The notes below the pieces were generated by a model that ran no database searches, was not told the origin of the DNA, and worked only from the letters and a program-made list of their open reading frames with translations. Source: an uncultured delta proteobacterium (GTDB lineage Bacteria; Myxococcota_A; Polyangia; Polyangiales; Polyangiaceae). From it: DNA of 64,000 bases. Positions 7,804-17,661 of the stretch are shown here, in pieces; the first letter of the stretch is position 1, and each line of letters opens with the position of its first letter. The stretch covers positions 76,915-140,914 of the forward strand of contig CAVXQZ010000002.1 of the NCBI GenBank assembly GCA_963764075.1, in the 5' to 3' direction. The translations under genes were made by a program, and so were the position numbers.

Positions 7804-8943
7804 CTACGCGGCGACCTTCAGCACGACCTTCGTCCAGCCGTTCTCGCGCGCGTCAAAATGGGCATACGCATCGGGCGCTGCGTCGAGTCGCAGCCGATGC
7901 GACACGACGAACGAGGGTCGGGCGCGCCCCGCGTGAATCAAGTCTCGGAGCTCGCGATTGTATGCCTTGACGTTGGCTTGCCCCGAGCCGAGCCTGAGGC
8001 CCTTCGCGAAAAAGGCGCCAAAGTCGAACGCAATGCGGCCCTTTCTCATGAGCGGGTCCGGGCCCTTGGGGTCCTCCGGCACGAACACTCCGACGACCCC
8101 GATGACGCCCGTCGCCCGGACCGACTGCACGAGCCGGTTCATCGTCGCGTTCGGCTCCTCGTGTCCCGACGGGTCGTGCGCCTGCCAGCCGACGCACTCG
8201 CAACCTTTGTCCGCGCCGAACCCATGTGTGAGCTCGCGGATGCGCTCGACCGGGTCCACCTCGGAGTCGTCAATCGCGATGGCGCCGATGTCTTGCGCGA
8301 GGGCAAGACGATCCGGATGTCGGTCGACCACCATCACCTGCTTGGCCCCTTGAATCATCGCCGAGTATGCGGCCATGAGGCCGACCGGACCGGCACCGTA
8401 GATGACGAGCGATTCGCCAGGCCGGAGCTCCGCCAAACGGGTCGCGTGCCAGCCCGTCGGAAAGATGTCGGCGAGCATGACGTAATCGTCTTCTTTCTCC
8501 GCCGCGTCCTCGGGAAGGCGAAGGCAATTGAAGTCGGCGAAAGGCACGCGCAAAAGCTCGGCTTGCCCTCCGTTGTACGGTCCCATCTCCGCGTACCCGT
8601 ACGCGGCGCCTGCCATGCCCGGGTTGGTCGTGAGGCAGAAGCCCGTCTGACCCTTCTCGCAGTTGCGGCAAAATCCGCACGCGATGTTGAAGGGGAGGCA
8701 AACCCGATCGCCCACCTTGACACGAACGATCGCGTCGCCGACTTCGACGATTTCGCCGAGGTTCTCGTGGCCGAGAATTTTCCCAGGCTCGACGCTCGTC
8801 CGCCCTTCGTACATGTGCAGGTCCGACCCGCAGATGTTGGTGCTCGTGATCCGAATCAGCGCATCGGTTGGACGTTCGATGCGCGGATCAGGCACGTCCT
8901 CGATCGTGACTTTGCGGGGTCCGTCATAAACGAGAGCTTTCAT
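7804..8943 (-). CDS. fdhA: Zn-dependent, glutathione-independent formaldehyde dehydrogenase-like alcohol dehydrogenase
   Basis: MKALVYDG...ITSTNICGSDLHMYEGRT...GHENLGEIVEVG...PFNIACGFCRNCEKGQTGFCLTTNPGMAGAAYGYAEMGPYNGGQAELLRVPFADFNCLRLP closely follows the P. putida FdhA pattern. Start taken at the internal ATG at 8943. Confidence 0.85.
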   Translation of the reverse strand: MKALVYDGPRKVTIEDVPDPRIERPTDALIRITSTNICGSDLHMYEGRTSVEPGKILGHENLGEIVEVGDAIVRVKVGDRVCLPFNIACGFCRNCEKGQTGFCLTTNPGMAGAAYGYAEMGPYNGGQAELLRVPFADFNCLRLPEDAAEKEDDYVMLADIFPTGWHATRLAELRPGESLVIYGAGPVGLMAAYSAMIQGAKQVMVVDRHPDRLALAQDIGAIAIDDSEVDPVERIRELTHGFGADKGCECVGWQAHDPSGHEEPNATMNRLVQSVRATGVIGVVGVFVPEDPKGPDPLMRKGRIAFDFGAFFAKGLRLGSGQANVKAYNRELRDLIHAGRARPSFVVSHRLRLDAAPDAYAHFDARENGWTKVVLKVAA

Positions 8944-9080
8944 GGTGCCTCCTCCGGCAATCCTTGAATGCGCTCGTACGCAAACCGCGAGCCCAATGGG
9001 ACCCAGCTGGACCCGCCTACGGGTGGTCCAGCGGCCGCGCCGCAAAGACGCGCGGACTCGAATGCCAGTTCATTGGGGCT

Positions 9081-10058
9081 TCATTGCGGCTTGTCCGTTC
9101 CCATCGCGTGGTCGAGCTCTTGTTTGACTTCCTTCTGCGTGGGATCGATCGGAAAGGCGTGCGCCTCGCGCGCCTGTGGGTTGTCGAACGCGAGCGATAC
9201 TTTGTAGAGTTCGAACCTCCCGTCGGCCGCGGTCTCGCGGCATCGGTCGCGCAGCGCCTGCATGTCGCGATCGCTCATCCGCTCGAAGCCGTGCGCGACT
9301 TTGAGGTTCGCACGAAGCTTGTCGACCGTCTCCATGCCGCAAATCGTTGTGGCCACCGGCAGACTCATCGCGTAGCGGAGCAGCTCTTCGGGGGTCGCGA
9401 TCTTCTTTTGGATGGGCGCGGCCTTGCCGGTCATCGGCTTCATCCCGAGCACCCCGATGGACCGCTTGCGGCACTCGGGCAGGACCTTGGTCTCGAAGCT
9501 GCGGTAGCTCGCGTCGAACGCGTTCAGCGGGAATTGACACGTGTCCCACGGGTAACCGCGGGTGATCATCTCGTAATGAACGTCCGGGCTCTTGTGTCCC
9601 GTAAACCCGACAAAGCGGGCTTTCCCGGAGCGCTTGGCCTCGTCGAGCGCCTCGATGACGCCGCCTTTTCTGTAGGCGAGCGCCGGATCGTCGTCGAAGA
9701 CTACGCCGTGGACTTGCCACACGTCCAAGTGATCGGTCCGAAGGCGGCGAAGCGATTCGTCCAGCATCTTCAGCGCGAGCGAGGCGTCTCGTCCGTGCGT
9801 GCAGACTTTGGTCATCAACATGACCTTGTCGCGCCGCCCGCCGGTGGATAGGGCGCGACCCATCCAGTCCTCGCTGCGCCCGTTGTTGTACTCCCAGCAG
9901 TTGTCGAAGAAATCGACTCCTCCGTCGATCGCCTCGCCCACGATTCGATCGGCCTCGGCGAAGCTCGGCGCGTCGCCGAGGTGGTGGCCGCCGACGGCGA
10001 GTGCGGATACCGTCGCGCCGGTCTTTCCGAGCGGGCGGCGGGGCATGGCGGCGCTCAT
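9081..10058 (-). CDS. aldo/keto reductase
   Basis: 325-aa ORF with RPLGKTGATVSALAVGGHHLG...FFDNCWEYNNGRSE...LRRLRTDHLDVWQVH...FVGFTGHK. It has a 4-nt overlap with the upstream paralogue. Confidence 0.85.
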   Translation of the reverse strand: MSAAMPRRPLGKTGATVSALAVGGHHLGDAPSFAEADRIVGEAIDGGVDFFDNCWEYNNGRSEDWMGRALSTGGRRDKVMLMTKVCTHGRDASLALKMLDESLRRLRTDHLDVWQVHGVVFDDDPALAYRKGGVIEALDEAKRSGKARFVGFTGHKSPDVHYEMITRGYPWDTCQFPLNAFDASYRSFETKVLPECRKRSIGVLGMKPMTGKAAPIQKKIATPEELLRYAMSLPVATTICGMETVDKLRANLKVAHGFERMSDRDMQALRDRCRETAADGRFELYKVSLAFDNPQAREAHAFPIDPTQKEVKQELDHAMGTDKPQ

Positions 10059-11131
10059 AGCGGAAGCTCCAGTTGGGTGGGATACCCATGTTGTTCGCGT
10101 CCCACTTTCGCGTCGTAGTGTGTCGTCGTCTTGTAGAGTTCGTTGTGCCCGTCGGCAGCCGCCCCCCGAACCCGATCGCGGAGGGCCTGCATCTCTTCGG
10201 GCCGCATCGGCTCGAATCCTCGGGCGATCGCAAGGTTCTGGCGAAGAATGTCGAGCGCGTCGACGCCGCTGACGGTCGTCGCGATCCCGGGGACGCTCAT
10301 CGCATACCGGAGCGCCTCTTGCGCGCTGACCACGCCTTTGCGAACGGGATCGCCCGCGCCGCCCAGGCTCTTCATGCCGATGGGCGCGATGCCGCGCGTG
10401 AGGAGCTCGGGCAGAACGCGCTGCTCGAAGCTCCGAAATGTGCCGTCGAAGCAGTTGATGGGCATCTGGACGGTATCGAAGGGAAAGCCATGCGCGAGCA
10501 TTCTCAGGTGAATGTCGGGATGCTTGTGGCCGGTGAAGCCGACGAAGCGGGTTTTGCCGTCCTTCTTCGCGCGCTCCAGGGCATCGATGACTCCGCCCGG
10601 GGCGAAATGCAAATCAGGGTCGTTATCGTAAATGCATTCGTGCACCTGCCAAAGGTCGAGGTGGTCGGTCTGAAGGCGGCGCAGCGAGTCTTCGAGCTGC
10701 TGCATCGCCACGTCGGCCTTGCGGCCGTGGGTGCACACTTTCGTCATCAAGAAGACTTGGTCCCGCTTGCCTTGAAGGGCGCGCCCGAGAATTTCTTCGC
10801 TCTTGCCGTCGTGGTACTCCCACGCGTTGTCGAAGAAGGTGACGCCCGCGTCGATCGCCTGGGCGACAATCGCCAGTGCCTCATCGGGGTCGCGCACGTC
10901 GCCGAGGTGAGAGCCGCCGATGCCGAGGACCGACACGGTGGCGCCAGTTTTCCCGAGAGGGCGTCGAGGGACGGACGACGGCGACGCCGCGGGGGGCTGC
11001 GGGTCTGGGGTCGCTCGAATCGAGTTCGTGTCGCCCTGAGCCCGCGAGCAACCGGCGAGAGCGGCCGCGGCGCTGGAGGCAAGGAACCTTCGACGGGTGT
11101 GCTCGGAGCGCATGCGCGAGTGCGTGTGCAA
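10055..11131 (-). CDS. aldo/keto reductase paralogue with a Tat-type signal and lipobox
   Basis: The N-terminus RRRFLASSAAAALAGC is a twin-arginine signal plus lipobox. The body is parallel to the neighbouring AKR (FFDNAWEYHDGKSE...LRRLQTDHLDLWQVH...FVGFTGHK). Confidence 0.8.
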   Translation of the reverse strand: MHTHSRMRSEHTRRRFLASSAAAALAGCSRAQGDTNSIRATPDPQPPAASPSSVPRRPLGKTGATVSVLGIGGSHLGDVRDPDEALAIVAQAIDAGVTFFDNAWEYHDGKSEEILGRALQGKRDQVFLMTKVCTHGRKADVAMQQLEDSLRRLQTDHLDLWQVHECIYDNDPDLHFAPGGVIDALERAKKDGKTRFVGFTGHKHPDIHLRMLAHGFPFDTVQMPINCFDGTFRSFEQRVLPELLTRGIAPIGMKSLGGAGDPVRKGVVSAQEALRYAMSVPGIATTVSGVDALDILRQNLAIARGFEPMRPEEMQALRDRVRGAAADGHNELYKTTTHYDAKVGREQHGYPTQLELPL

Positions 11132-11345
11132 GGCGCATTCTCAGCTGAGCGTTGCCCCGTCTCGAAACGTCTCGAACGTCGCGGGGGGGGTTCTGACCCA
11201 AAAGGACCACGAGCTTTCCCGCGTCCCGACTGTGGCGTGCTTGCGGTGACTGTGGCGAGAGCGCCTGGCGACGATTTTGCGCCCGGGCTCAGGTTCTTCG
11301 CGCACGGGGGCGCGCGGGGAGCGACGAGACCCATGCACAGCCCTC

Positions 11346-13076
11346 TCAGGCCGCGAGATTCGCGAGGTATCGGAGGCCGGAGGCGATCGGCTGACGGTGA
11401 TCGAAATCGACCTCGAGGCGCTCGAGCGCGCCGCGCAGTGCGCCTGCGGTCGGGCCGCGGTCCCGCGCCTTGATCAGGCTTTCGAGAAGGTTCCAGCGCA
11501 GCAGCCATTCGTCGGGGTAATCGCGATCGAGCTCGGCAATCACGCGTCGGAATTCTTCGGCGATCTCCCCTCGGTCCGCGCGATGCGCCCGCTCGGCTCG
11601 CACGTAGAGATCGATCAACCGGAGCTCCCGCTCCGGGCGCGCGCGCGGCCGAGGGACTCGAACGATCGGGGGTGCCGTGCTCGGAAGGTACCCGGGATCA
11701 ACGGACCCCGCGTGCACCGAGACCGGATCACCGGCCGCGACGAGCGAATGATTCGCAACCAGGCGAGGCGGCAGCCCCGGGAGGGAAATCCGCACATCGG
11801 CGAGATCCAGGTGCATCAGCCGCCCGTCGGCGCGACGCACCGTTCGGACAAATCGCCCTTCCACACGGGCGCCAGTGGCGAATTCGAAGGTGACGCGCTC
11901 GGTCGAGGGGTCGCGCGATCGGAGTATCTCGTCGTCACCGAGGTGCTCGGGGGCGGCGCCGCCCGCGAGTCGTCCGACGACGACGCACGCCCCGTCTTGC
12001 CAACGAAGGGCCGTAGGGTCCGGCATCGAGCCGTCCCACACGAAAGCCCCCGGACCCTCGAAGATGAGCCATGCCGGCGACGAAAGACTCGGGCCTGCGC
12101 TCGCAAGTACGCCCATCGCGCAGGCCCCCGATGAAAAGTGCACACTCGCAAGCTCCCGACTCCTTGTTGCTCGCGAAAGCGCCACGTCTCCTCCCACGTG
12201 CACCGCCAGCTCGCGCGAGACCCGATTGAGAAGGTCGTGGAGGGCCTCGAACGACGGCGTCACGAAGAGTCGCGGCTGCGGCCGTGTAATGTCGTAGGTC
12301 ACGTCCATGCAACCCGCGTCGAGCGGCAGCTTTGCGACGTCTTGCGCGTGACACGAGTGGCTTTCCCAGAGAGACGAAAGAAGTCCCGCGCCGTATATTT
12401 TGTAATCGTCGACCCGGCCCACTAGGCCATATTCGGCGGTCCACCAGTACAGCCTCGACAGCCGCGCGGCCTCGCTCGGTTCGGACGCACCGCCCGTGGC
12501 GGCCCCGAGCTCCGCTTCGATTTGCGCGAGTTCGTCCGGGCCCCGCGCCTGGTCCTCCATCGCCTCGCTGAGCGCGTAAATCGCACGATATACTCGGTCT
12601 TCCGCGGGAAGCGTGAACGCCTTCCGCCCGAGATCTCCGATGCGCCGCAAGTATGCGGCGTAAACCGGGTCCGGAAGGATGGGCGCGTGCCCAGCGGCCT
12701 CGTGGATGATGTCCGGCGCCGGCGTATAGACCAGATGCTCTCGTGTTCGCATTTCGCCGGCGATAGGCAAGATTCCGCACGCCTGAAATTCCTGGAAGGC
12801 GCGCGGCGGGATGAACCCGTCGACGCAGACCGCGCCCCAGCCGAAGCGCGCGAGCTTTTCGTTCATTTCTCCGATGCTCGGAATGCGCTCGACCGATATG
12901 CCGGTCGCGGCCAAGCCTTCCTTGTAGGCGGGGTGCGCCGTACGGACCAGCGTCGAGTGCGTCTGGAGCAGAACGAACCTCCAGACTGCCTGGTCGATCG
13001 CCGTGTATTGCGAATAGTCCTGTTCGACGACGAACCGGCGCAGGTGAGCGGGCACTTTCAGCCCCACGTCATCCAT
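11346..13076 (-). CDS. phhA: biopterin-dependent aromatic amino-acid hydroxylase (phenylalanine 4-monooxygenase), long form with a ~300-aa C-terminal extension
   Basis: The N-terminal ~270 aa include EHLVYTPAPDIIHEAAGHAPIL (iron-ligand His pair) and YWWTAEYGL. It lies in a Tyr-catabolism neighbourhood. Confidence 0.8.
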   Translation of the reverse strand: MDDVGLKVPAHLRRFVVEQDYSQYTAIDQAVWRFVLLQTHSTLVRTAHPAYKEGLAATGISVERIPSIGEMNEKLARFGWGAVCVDGFIPPRAFQEFQACGILPIAGEMRTREHLVYTPAPDIIHEAAGHAPILPDPVYAAYLRRIGDLGRKAFTLPAEDRVYRAIYALSEAMEDQARGPDELAQIEAELGAATGGASEPSEAARLSRLYWWTAEYGLVGRVDDYKIYGAGLLSSLWESHSCHAQDVAKLPLDAGCMDVTYDITRPQPRLFVTPSFEALHDLLNRVSRELAVHVGGDVALSRATRSRELASVHFSSGACAMGVLASAGPSLSSPAWLIFEGPGAFVWDGSMPDPTALRWQDGACVVVGRLAGGAAPEHLGDDEILRSRDPSTERVTFEFATGARVEGRFVRTVRRADGRLMHLDLADVRISLPGLPPRLVANHSLVAAGDPVSVHAGSVDPGYLPSTAPPIVRVPRPRARPERELRLIDLYVRAERAHRADRGEIAEEFRRVIAELDRDYPDEWLLRWNLLESLIKARDRGPTAGALRGALERLEVDFDHRQPIASGLRYLANLAA

Positions 13077-13138
13077 ATTGACAAAGGCTAGCGCGAAGAG
13101 CGGGGTGCGACCACCGGCCGCCCCGCGGACGCGCTGCT

Positions 13139-14122
13139 ATGATGGCTAGCGTGCGTCTCGCCACCCTCCGCGACGGTTCGCGCGACGGATCGCTCATCGT
13201 CGTCGACTCCGCAGCGCGGCGATTTGCGTCGGCCGCTCACGTCGCGCCGAATCTGCAAAGCGCGCTCGATGATTGGGACCGGATCAGCCCCGCGCTCGAG
13301 GCGCTCTCGCGCGAACTCGAGTCCGGTCGCGCTCCGGCCGATCCCGTGGCACTCCCAGCGCTCTCGGCGCCGCTGCCCCGGGCGTACGAGTGGATCGACG
13401 GATCGTGCTACTTGAACCATGTCCTTCTCGCCCGCAAAGCGCGGGGGGCCGACCCGCCGCCCGGGTTCGAAGTGGACCCGCTCGTCTACCAGGGCGGCTC
13501 TGGCGTCCTTCTCGCGGCGACCGATCCGCTCGTTTTGCCGGATGCGGCGTGGGGGCTCGATTTCGAGGCGGAGATCTGCGTCGTCTTGGGCGACGTTCCC
13601 CGAGGGGTCACGGCCGATGACGCGTCGTCCTGCGTGCGGTTGATGATGCTGGCCAACGACGTCACGTACCGAAACCTCGTCCGGCCCGAGCTCGAAAAAG
13701 GCTTCGGTTTTTTGGTGTCGAAGCCGGCGACGGCGTTCTCGCCCTTCGCCGTCACGCCCGCGGAGCTCGGTCCGGCTTGGCGCCAGGGTCGTGCGTTTCT
13801 TCGGATGCGCACGGCCTACAATGGGGATGTCGTCGGCGATGCCGAGACCGGGCCCGAAATGCACTTTTCGTTCTTCGACCTGATTGCCCACATCGCGAAG
13901 ACTCGCTCGCTGACGGCGGGCACGATCCTGGGCGGCGGAACCGTGTCCAATCGCGATCGCGGGCGGGGAGTCTCCTGCCTCGTCGAGCGCCGCATGATCG
14001 AGACGCTCGAGCTCGGAGCTCCCCGGACTCCCTTCATGACGCGGGGAGACAGGGTTCGGATCGAGGCATTCGACGACTCCGGCAGAAGTGTGTGCGGGGC
14101 GATCGATCAGCGCGTAGTGTGA
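13139..14122 (+). CDS. fumarylacetoacetate hydrolase (FAH) family protein
   Basis: 327-aa ORF with GLDFEAEICVVLG...ANDVTYRNL...FDLIAHIAKTRSLTAGTILGGGT. It sits next to hppD and hmgA. Confidence 0.8.
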   Translation: MMASVRLATLRDGSRDGSLIVVDSAARRFASAAHVAPNLQSALDDWDRISPALEALSRELESGRAPADPVALPALSAPLPRAYEWIDGSCYLNHVLLARKARGADPPPGFEVDPLVYQGGSGVLLAATDPLVLPDAAWGLDFEAEICVVLGDVPRGVTADDASSCVRLMMLANDVTYRNLVRPELEKGFGFLVSKPATAFSPFAVTPAELGPAWRQGRAFLRMRTAYNGDVVGDAETGPEMHFSFFDLIAHIAKTRSLTAGTILGGGTVSNRDRGRGVSCLVERRMIETLELGAPRTPFMTRGDRVRIEAFDDSGRSVCGAIDQRVV

Positions 14123-14206
14123 GAGGCGGGGAGGGCGCGGCAGAGCCGCGAGGCGCGGCGGCTGGGTATCCTTGTAGGAGCGCCATGGCGCCATTAAGCT
14201 AATACG

Positions 14207-15364
14207 ATGAGCGAAGCCGGCCCGATCGGCATTCTCGGTATCGAAGCGATTCATTATTACGTGCGCGACATCGAGCGCAGTCGGCGTTTTTACACGCAAC
14301 AGCTCGACTTCTCCGAGATCGGCGCCAGCGGGGCCGAGCTCACGAGCGCGGGGCGCCAGCGGTCGCTCGTGTTTCAGGCCGGCGCCTGCCGCATCGTCTG
14401 TTCTTCGCCCGCGGGGGAAGGGGGTCGGGCACACCGGTATCTCAAGAAGCATCCAGACGGGATTGGCAGCATCCTGTTCGAAGTCGAAGACATCGATCGC
14501 GCCTTCTCCACGCTCGAGGCCCGCGGAGGAACTCCGGTCGACGAGGTTCGAGTCACCGAATGCGACAGAGGCACATTTCGCTCGTTCGTCATGACGACCC
14601 CGATCGGCGACACGACTTTTCGATTCGTGGAGCGACGCGGGGAGTTTCCTCTCTATCCCGGCTTCGAGTCGTACGCCGTGGCGACCGGCGGCAAGAACGC
14701 GTTCGGGTTCGCGCGCTTCGACCACGTCACGAGCAACTTCGAGACGATGTCGCCGGCGCTCTTGTGGATGGAGCACGTTCTTGGGTTCGAGCGCTTTTGG
14801 CAGGTCCAGTTTCACACCGACGACGTCGCGCGGCTCGCCGATCGAAGCGGGTCCGGCTTGCGGTCGGCCGTCATGTGGGACCCGGCGAGCGGGGTGAAGT
14901 TCGCCAACAACGAGCCCCAGCGCCCGAACTTCAAGGCTTCGCAAATCAACGTGTTCCACGAAGATCATCGCGGCGACTCCGTGCAGCACGTGGCCCTCAC
15001 GGTATCGGACATCGTGGAGGCCGTGCGGGGCCTCCGAAGCCGGGGCGTCGAATTCATGAGCACGCCCAAGTCGTATTACGACGCCCTCGCCGAGCGGATG
15101 AGGGGCCTCGGGGTGGGCGCGATGTCCGAGCCGCTCGCCGCGCTCGAAGAGCTGCAGATCCTCGCCGACGGCGACGGTCCGGGTCGCTACCTCTTGGAGA
15201 TTTTCCTCAAGGACTCGGCGGGTCTCTACGCGAGCCCCGATGCGGGGCCCTTTTTCTACGAGATCATCCAGCGTCACGGCGACAGCGGCTTCGGGGCGGG
15301 GAACTTCCGTGCCCTCTTCGAGAGCATCGAGCGAGGCCAGCTCGCCGACGAGGGCCGCCGATGA
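14207..15364 (+). CDS. hppD: 4-hydroxyphenylpyruvate dioxygenase
   Basis: 385-aa ORF with two VOC modules. C-terminal signature is QHVALTVSDI...FFYEIIQRHGDSGFGAGNFRALFESIE. Confidence 0.9.
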   Translation: MSEAGPIGILGIEAIHYYVRDIERSRRFYTQQLDFSEIGASGAELTSAGRQRSLVFQAGACRIVCSSPAGEGGRAHRYLKKHPDGIGSILFEVEDIDRAFSTLEARGGTPVDEVRVTECDRGTFRSFVMTTPIGDTTFRFVERRGEFPLYPGFESYAVATGGKNAFGFARFDHVTSNFETMSPALLWMEHVLGFERFWQVQFHTDDVARLADRSGSGLRSAVMWDPASGVKFANNEPQRPNFKASQINVFHEDHRGDSVQHVALTVSDIVEAVRGLRSRGVEFMSTPKSYYDALAERMRGLGVGAMSEPLAALEELQILADGDGPGRYLLEIFLKDSAGLYASPDAGPFFYEIIQRHGDSGFGAGNFRALFESIERGQLADEGRR

Positions 15365-16542
15365 TCGAACGCGCGTCCGCCGGTCGCGTGCCGCCCAAAC
15401 CGCACCTCGTCTTCACGTCGGATGCAGGCGAGTTTTGTTACGAAGAGTGCGTCACGCGCGCGGGTTTCGAGGGCCCGTATTCCATCCTTTATCACCGAAA
15501 CCCGCCACACCACGCCGAGCCGACGACAGCCGCATGGACTTGCCGCGCGCCCGTCGCCGAGCCGGACCGGGGGTTGCTTCGCCGCCACTACCGATGCCTG
15601 GAGGTCCGCTCGGCGGGTGGGCCCATCGCGGCGCGCGTCCCCCTTCTCTTCAACGAGGACGTCGTCATCGGGTTCGCGCGGCCCACTGCGCCGGAGCCCG
15701 CGTACTTCGCGAACGGCGACGGCGACGACATCTTCTTCATCCACCGGGGTGCCGGGGTCCTCCGGTCGGTGTTCGGCGACCTGCGCTTCGGAGCGGGTGA
15801 CTACGTCTACGTGCCGAAGGGGATTGTCCACCGGTTCATTCCCGCGCCAGGGACCCTCCAGGCGTGGCTGTCGGTCGAGTGCAGGTCGGGGGTCGGGATC
15901 CCGTCGAAGTATCGCAATGGCGTCGGGCAGCTGAGGATGGATGCGCCGTATTCGCACCGCGACTTTCGGAAGCCCGAGTTCGTGGGTCCGGTCGACGAGG
16001 AGATTCGCGACATCGTCGTCAAACGCGGCGATGTGTATTACGGATTCCGATCGCCCCATCCGCCCCTCGATGTCGTCGGCTGGGACGGCGCCCTTTACCC
16101 GTGCGTCTTTCCGATCCTCGCGTTTCAAGCGCGGGTCGGGCAGGTCCATCTTCCGCCGAACGTGCACGCGACGTTCGAGGCAGGCGGCGCCCTACTCTGC
16201 AGCTTCGTTCCGCGTCCGCTCGACTACCATCCTGCGGCAAACCCCTGCCCATTTCCGCACTCGTCGGTCGACGTAGACGAAGTGCTCTTCTACGCGAACG
16301 GGGCGTTCGGCTCCCGTCGCGGAATCGCCGAGGGAAGCCTGTCGCATCATCCGGCCGGGATTGCCCACGGGCCGCACCGAGGAGCGTACGAGGCGGCGCC
16401 GGGGAAGGCGCACACCGAAGAGCTCGCGGTGATGATCGACTGCGCAAGGCCGCTGAGGCGCACGCCCGAAGCGCGCGAGGCCGAAGATCTCGAGTATCAC
16501 GCGAGCTTTGCCGAAGGCGGGCCGGGCACGAGAACGGCGTAG
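15361..16542 (+). CDS. hmgA: homogentisate 1,2-dioxygenase (cupin-type)
   Basis: The ATG at 15361 overlaps the hppD stop (ATGA). Motifs: FCYEECVTRAGFEGPYSILYHRNPP, GDYVYVPKGIVHRF, HPAGIAHGP. The long upstream part of the tracked ORF (from 14560) is out-of-gene read-through. Confidence 0.75.
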   Translation: MIERASAGRVPPKPHLVFTSDAGEFCYEECVTRAGFEGPYSILYHRNPPHHAEPTTAAWTCRAPVAEPDRGLLRRHYRCLEVRSAGGPIAARVPLLFNEDVVIGFARPTAPEPAYFANGDGDDIFFIHRGAGVLRSVFGDLRFGAGDYVYVPKGIVHRFIPAPGTLQAWLSVECRSGVGIPSKYRNGVGQLRMDAPYSHRDFRKPEFVGPVDEEIRDIVVKRGDVYYGFRSPHPPLDVVGWDGALYPCVFPILAFQARVGQVHLPPNVHATFEAGGALLCSFVPRPLDYHPAANPCPFPHSSVDVDEVLFYANGAFGSRRGIAEGSLSHHPAGIAHGPHRGAYEAAPGKAHTEELAVMIDCARPLRRTPEAREAEDLEYHASFAEGGPGTRTA

Positions 16543-16607
16543 AGACCTCGTGTCGTTCTTCGATCGAACGGTGGGGCGGGGGAACGCGGCCGAACGAAGA
16601 GGCCCCA

Positions 16608-17444
16608 CTACCCGATCAGCGTACGCATCTCCGCGCGGGCCTGCTCGAGCAGGTTCTCGGCTTGGTCCGCCGCGCGCCGCGCCTGCGCCGCATCGGCTGC
16701 CGCTCGCCTCGCCGAGGCTTCCGCGGCGGTCGCGAGTGCGATCGCCTCGGCCGCTTGCGTTTCCAGAGAAGCGACGCGGTGCCGCGCTTGTTCGATCGCC
16801 CGCTCTCGCTGCCTGCGCTCGCGCTCGGCGGCCTCTTGGCGTGCCAAACGCTCCGACGCTTCGCGCCGTTGCGCGGCCCGCCGGCCCTCCCCCCGCTCGT
16901 CGCCGAGCGGCGTCGAGGTCGCCGCGCCCGCCTCGAGCCCGGCGAGCGCATCACCGTCGTCGATGTCGTCGGCGAGTCGCCCTGCCAGAAGTGTCTGGCG
17001 GACTTCGTTCTCCGCGGCAGCCGCGGCCTGAAGAGTCTCACCGATGCGACGGGACTGCGCGGCTCCGAGATCAATCCCGACTGCGGCCAGCGCCTCACGA
17101 GCCGCGCGAACGACCTCGGTCACCTGGTCTCGGTAGTCCCGCACGGCGGTCCGGACGGTCTCCGCGTCGGAGCCCCGTTGCGCCGATGCCGCCCTGTCTC
17201 TGGTCTCGAAAAGAACGCGCAGCAAATCGGGCTTTTGACGCGCGACTTGGTTGAGCGCCCACGCCGTACGAGTCGGCTTGGTGGCGCCCGAGACTTCGCG
17301 AGCCGCGGATGTCTCTCCGGCGGCACGGAGGGCGCTCGAGAGCTCCCGGCGCAGCGCAACGAATTGGTCGAGGGGAGCGCCGTAGAGCCGATCCACGGCC
17401 GCGGCGAGCGCGCTTGCGTCTTCCTTTCGCCGTCTGTCGGGCAC
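16608..17444 (-). CDS. hypothetical Ala/Arg-rich coiled-coil protein
   Basis: 278-aa ORF. The N-terminus is AVDRLYGAPLDQFVALRRELSSALR. The C-terminal part has an ERERRQRERAIEQARHRVASLE heptad-like region. No family recognised. Confidence 0.55.
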   Translation of the reverse strand: MPDRRRKEDASALAAAVDRLYGAPLDQFVALRRELSSALRAAGETSAAREVSGATKPTRTAWALNQVARQKPDLLRVLFETRDRAASAQRGSDAETVRTAVRDYRDQVTEVVRAAREALAAVGIDLGAAQSRRIGETLQAAAAAENEVRQTLLAGRLADDIDDGDALAGLEAGAATSTPLGDERGEGRRAAQRREASERLARQEAAERERRQRERAIEQARHRVASLETQAAEAIALATAAEASARRAAADAAQARRAADQAENLLEQARAEMRTLIG

Positions 17445-17528
17445 GTGCGCGGACTAGCACGCCGACCACCCGAATAGGAGAGTACGGCCGAGCGGACGCG
17501 GGGGGGGCTGCTCAGTCATCTCGGCCGC

Positions 17529-17576
17529 GCTCTCGCCCATCGATTTCGCCCGGCTCTCGCCCATCGATTTCGCCCA
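17529..17576. repeat. perfect-but-one 24-bp tandem duplication in the divergent intergenic region upstream of hemD
   Basis: gctctcgcccatcgatttcgccc(g/a) occurs twice back to back. Each unit contains the ATCGAT palindrome. Confidence 0.9.
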
Positions 17577-17661
17577 TTGAAACGGCTGGGAAACATCGCT
17601 CGATGTACATAGACTCGCGCTGGTAATGGCCACGCTTGGGCGGCCAGGCCGTAGGGGGTAA

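Noticed and set aside
14180-14191. A perfect 12-bp palindrome GCGCCATGGCGC 16 nt upstream of the hppD start, considered as an operator.
   Set aside because: It is too short and GC-rich to distinguish from chance in this genome, and I noticed no second copy near the other Tyr-catabolism genes.
13088-15277. A 729-aa minus-strand ORF, and similar very long ORFs at 43437-45386 (minus), 55831-57996 (minus), 10073-11473 (plus) and 23529-24821 (plus).
   Set aside because: These are classic high-GC antisense or out-of-frame artefacts. Their translations are Arg/Pro/Gly/Ala-rich and low-complexity, and they lie opposite genes with clear family signatures and proper third-position GC bias.
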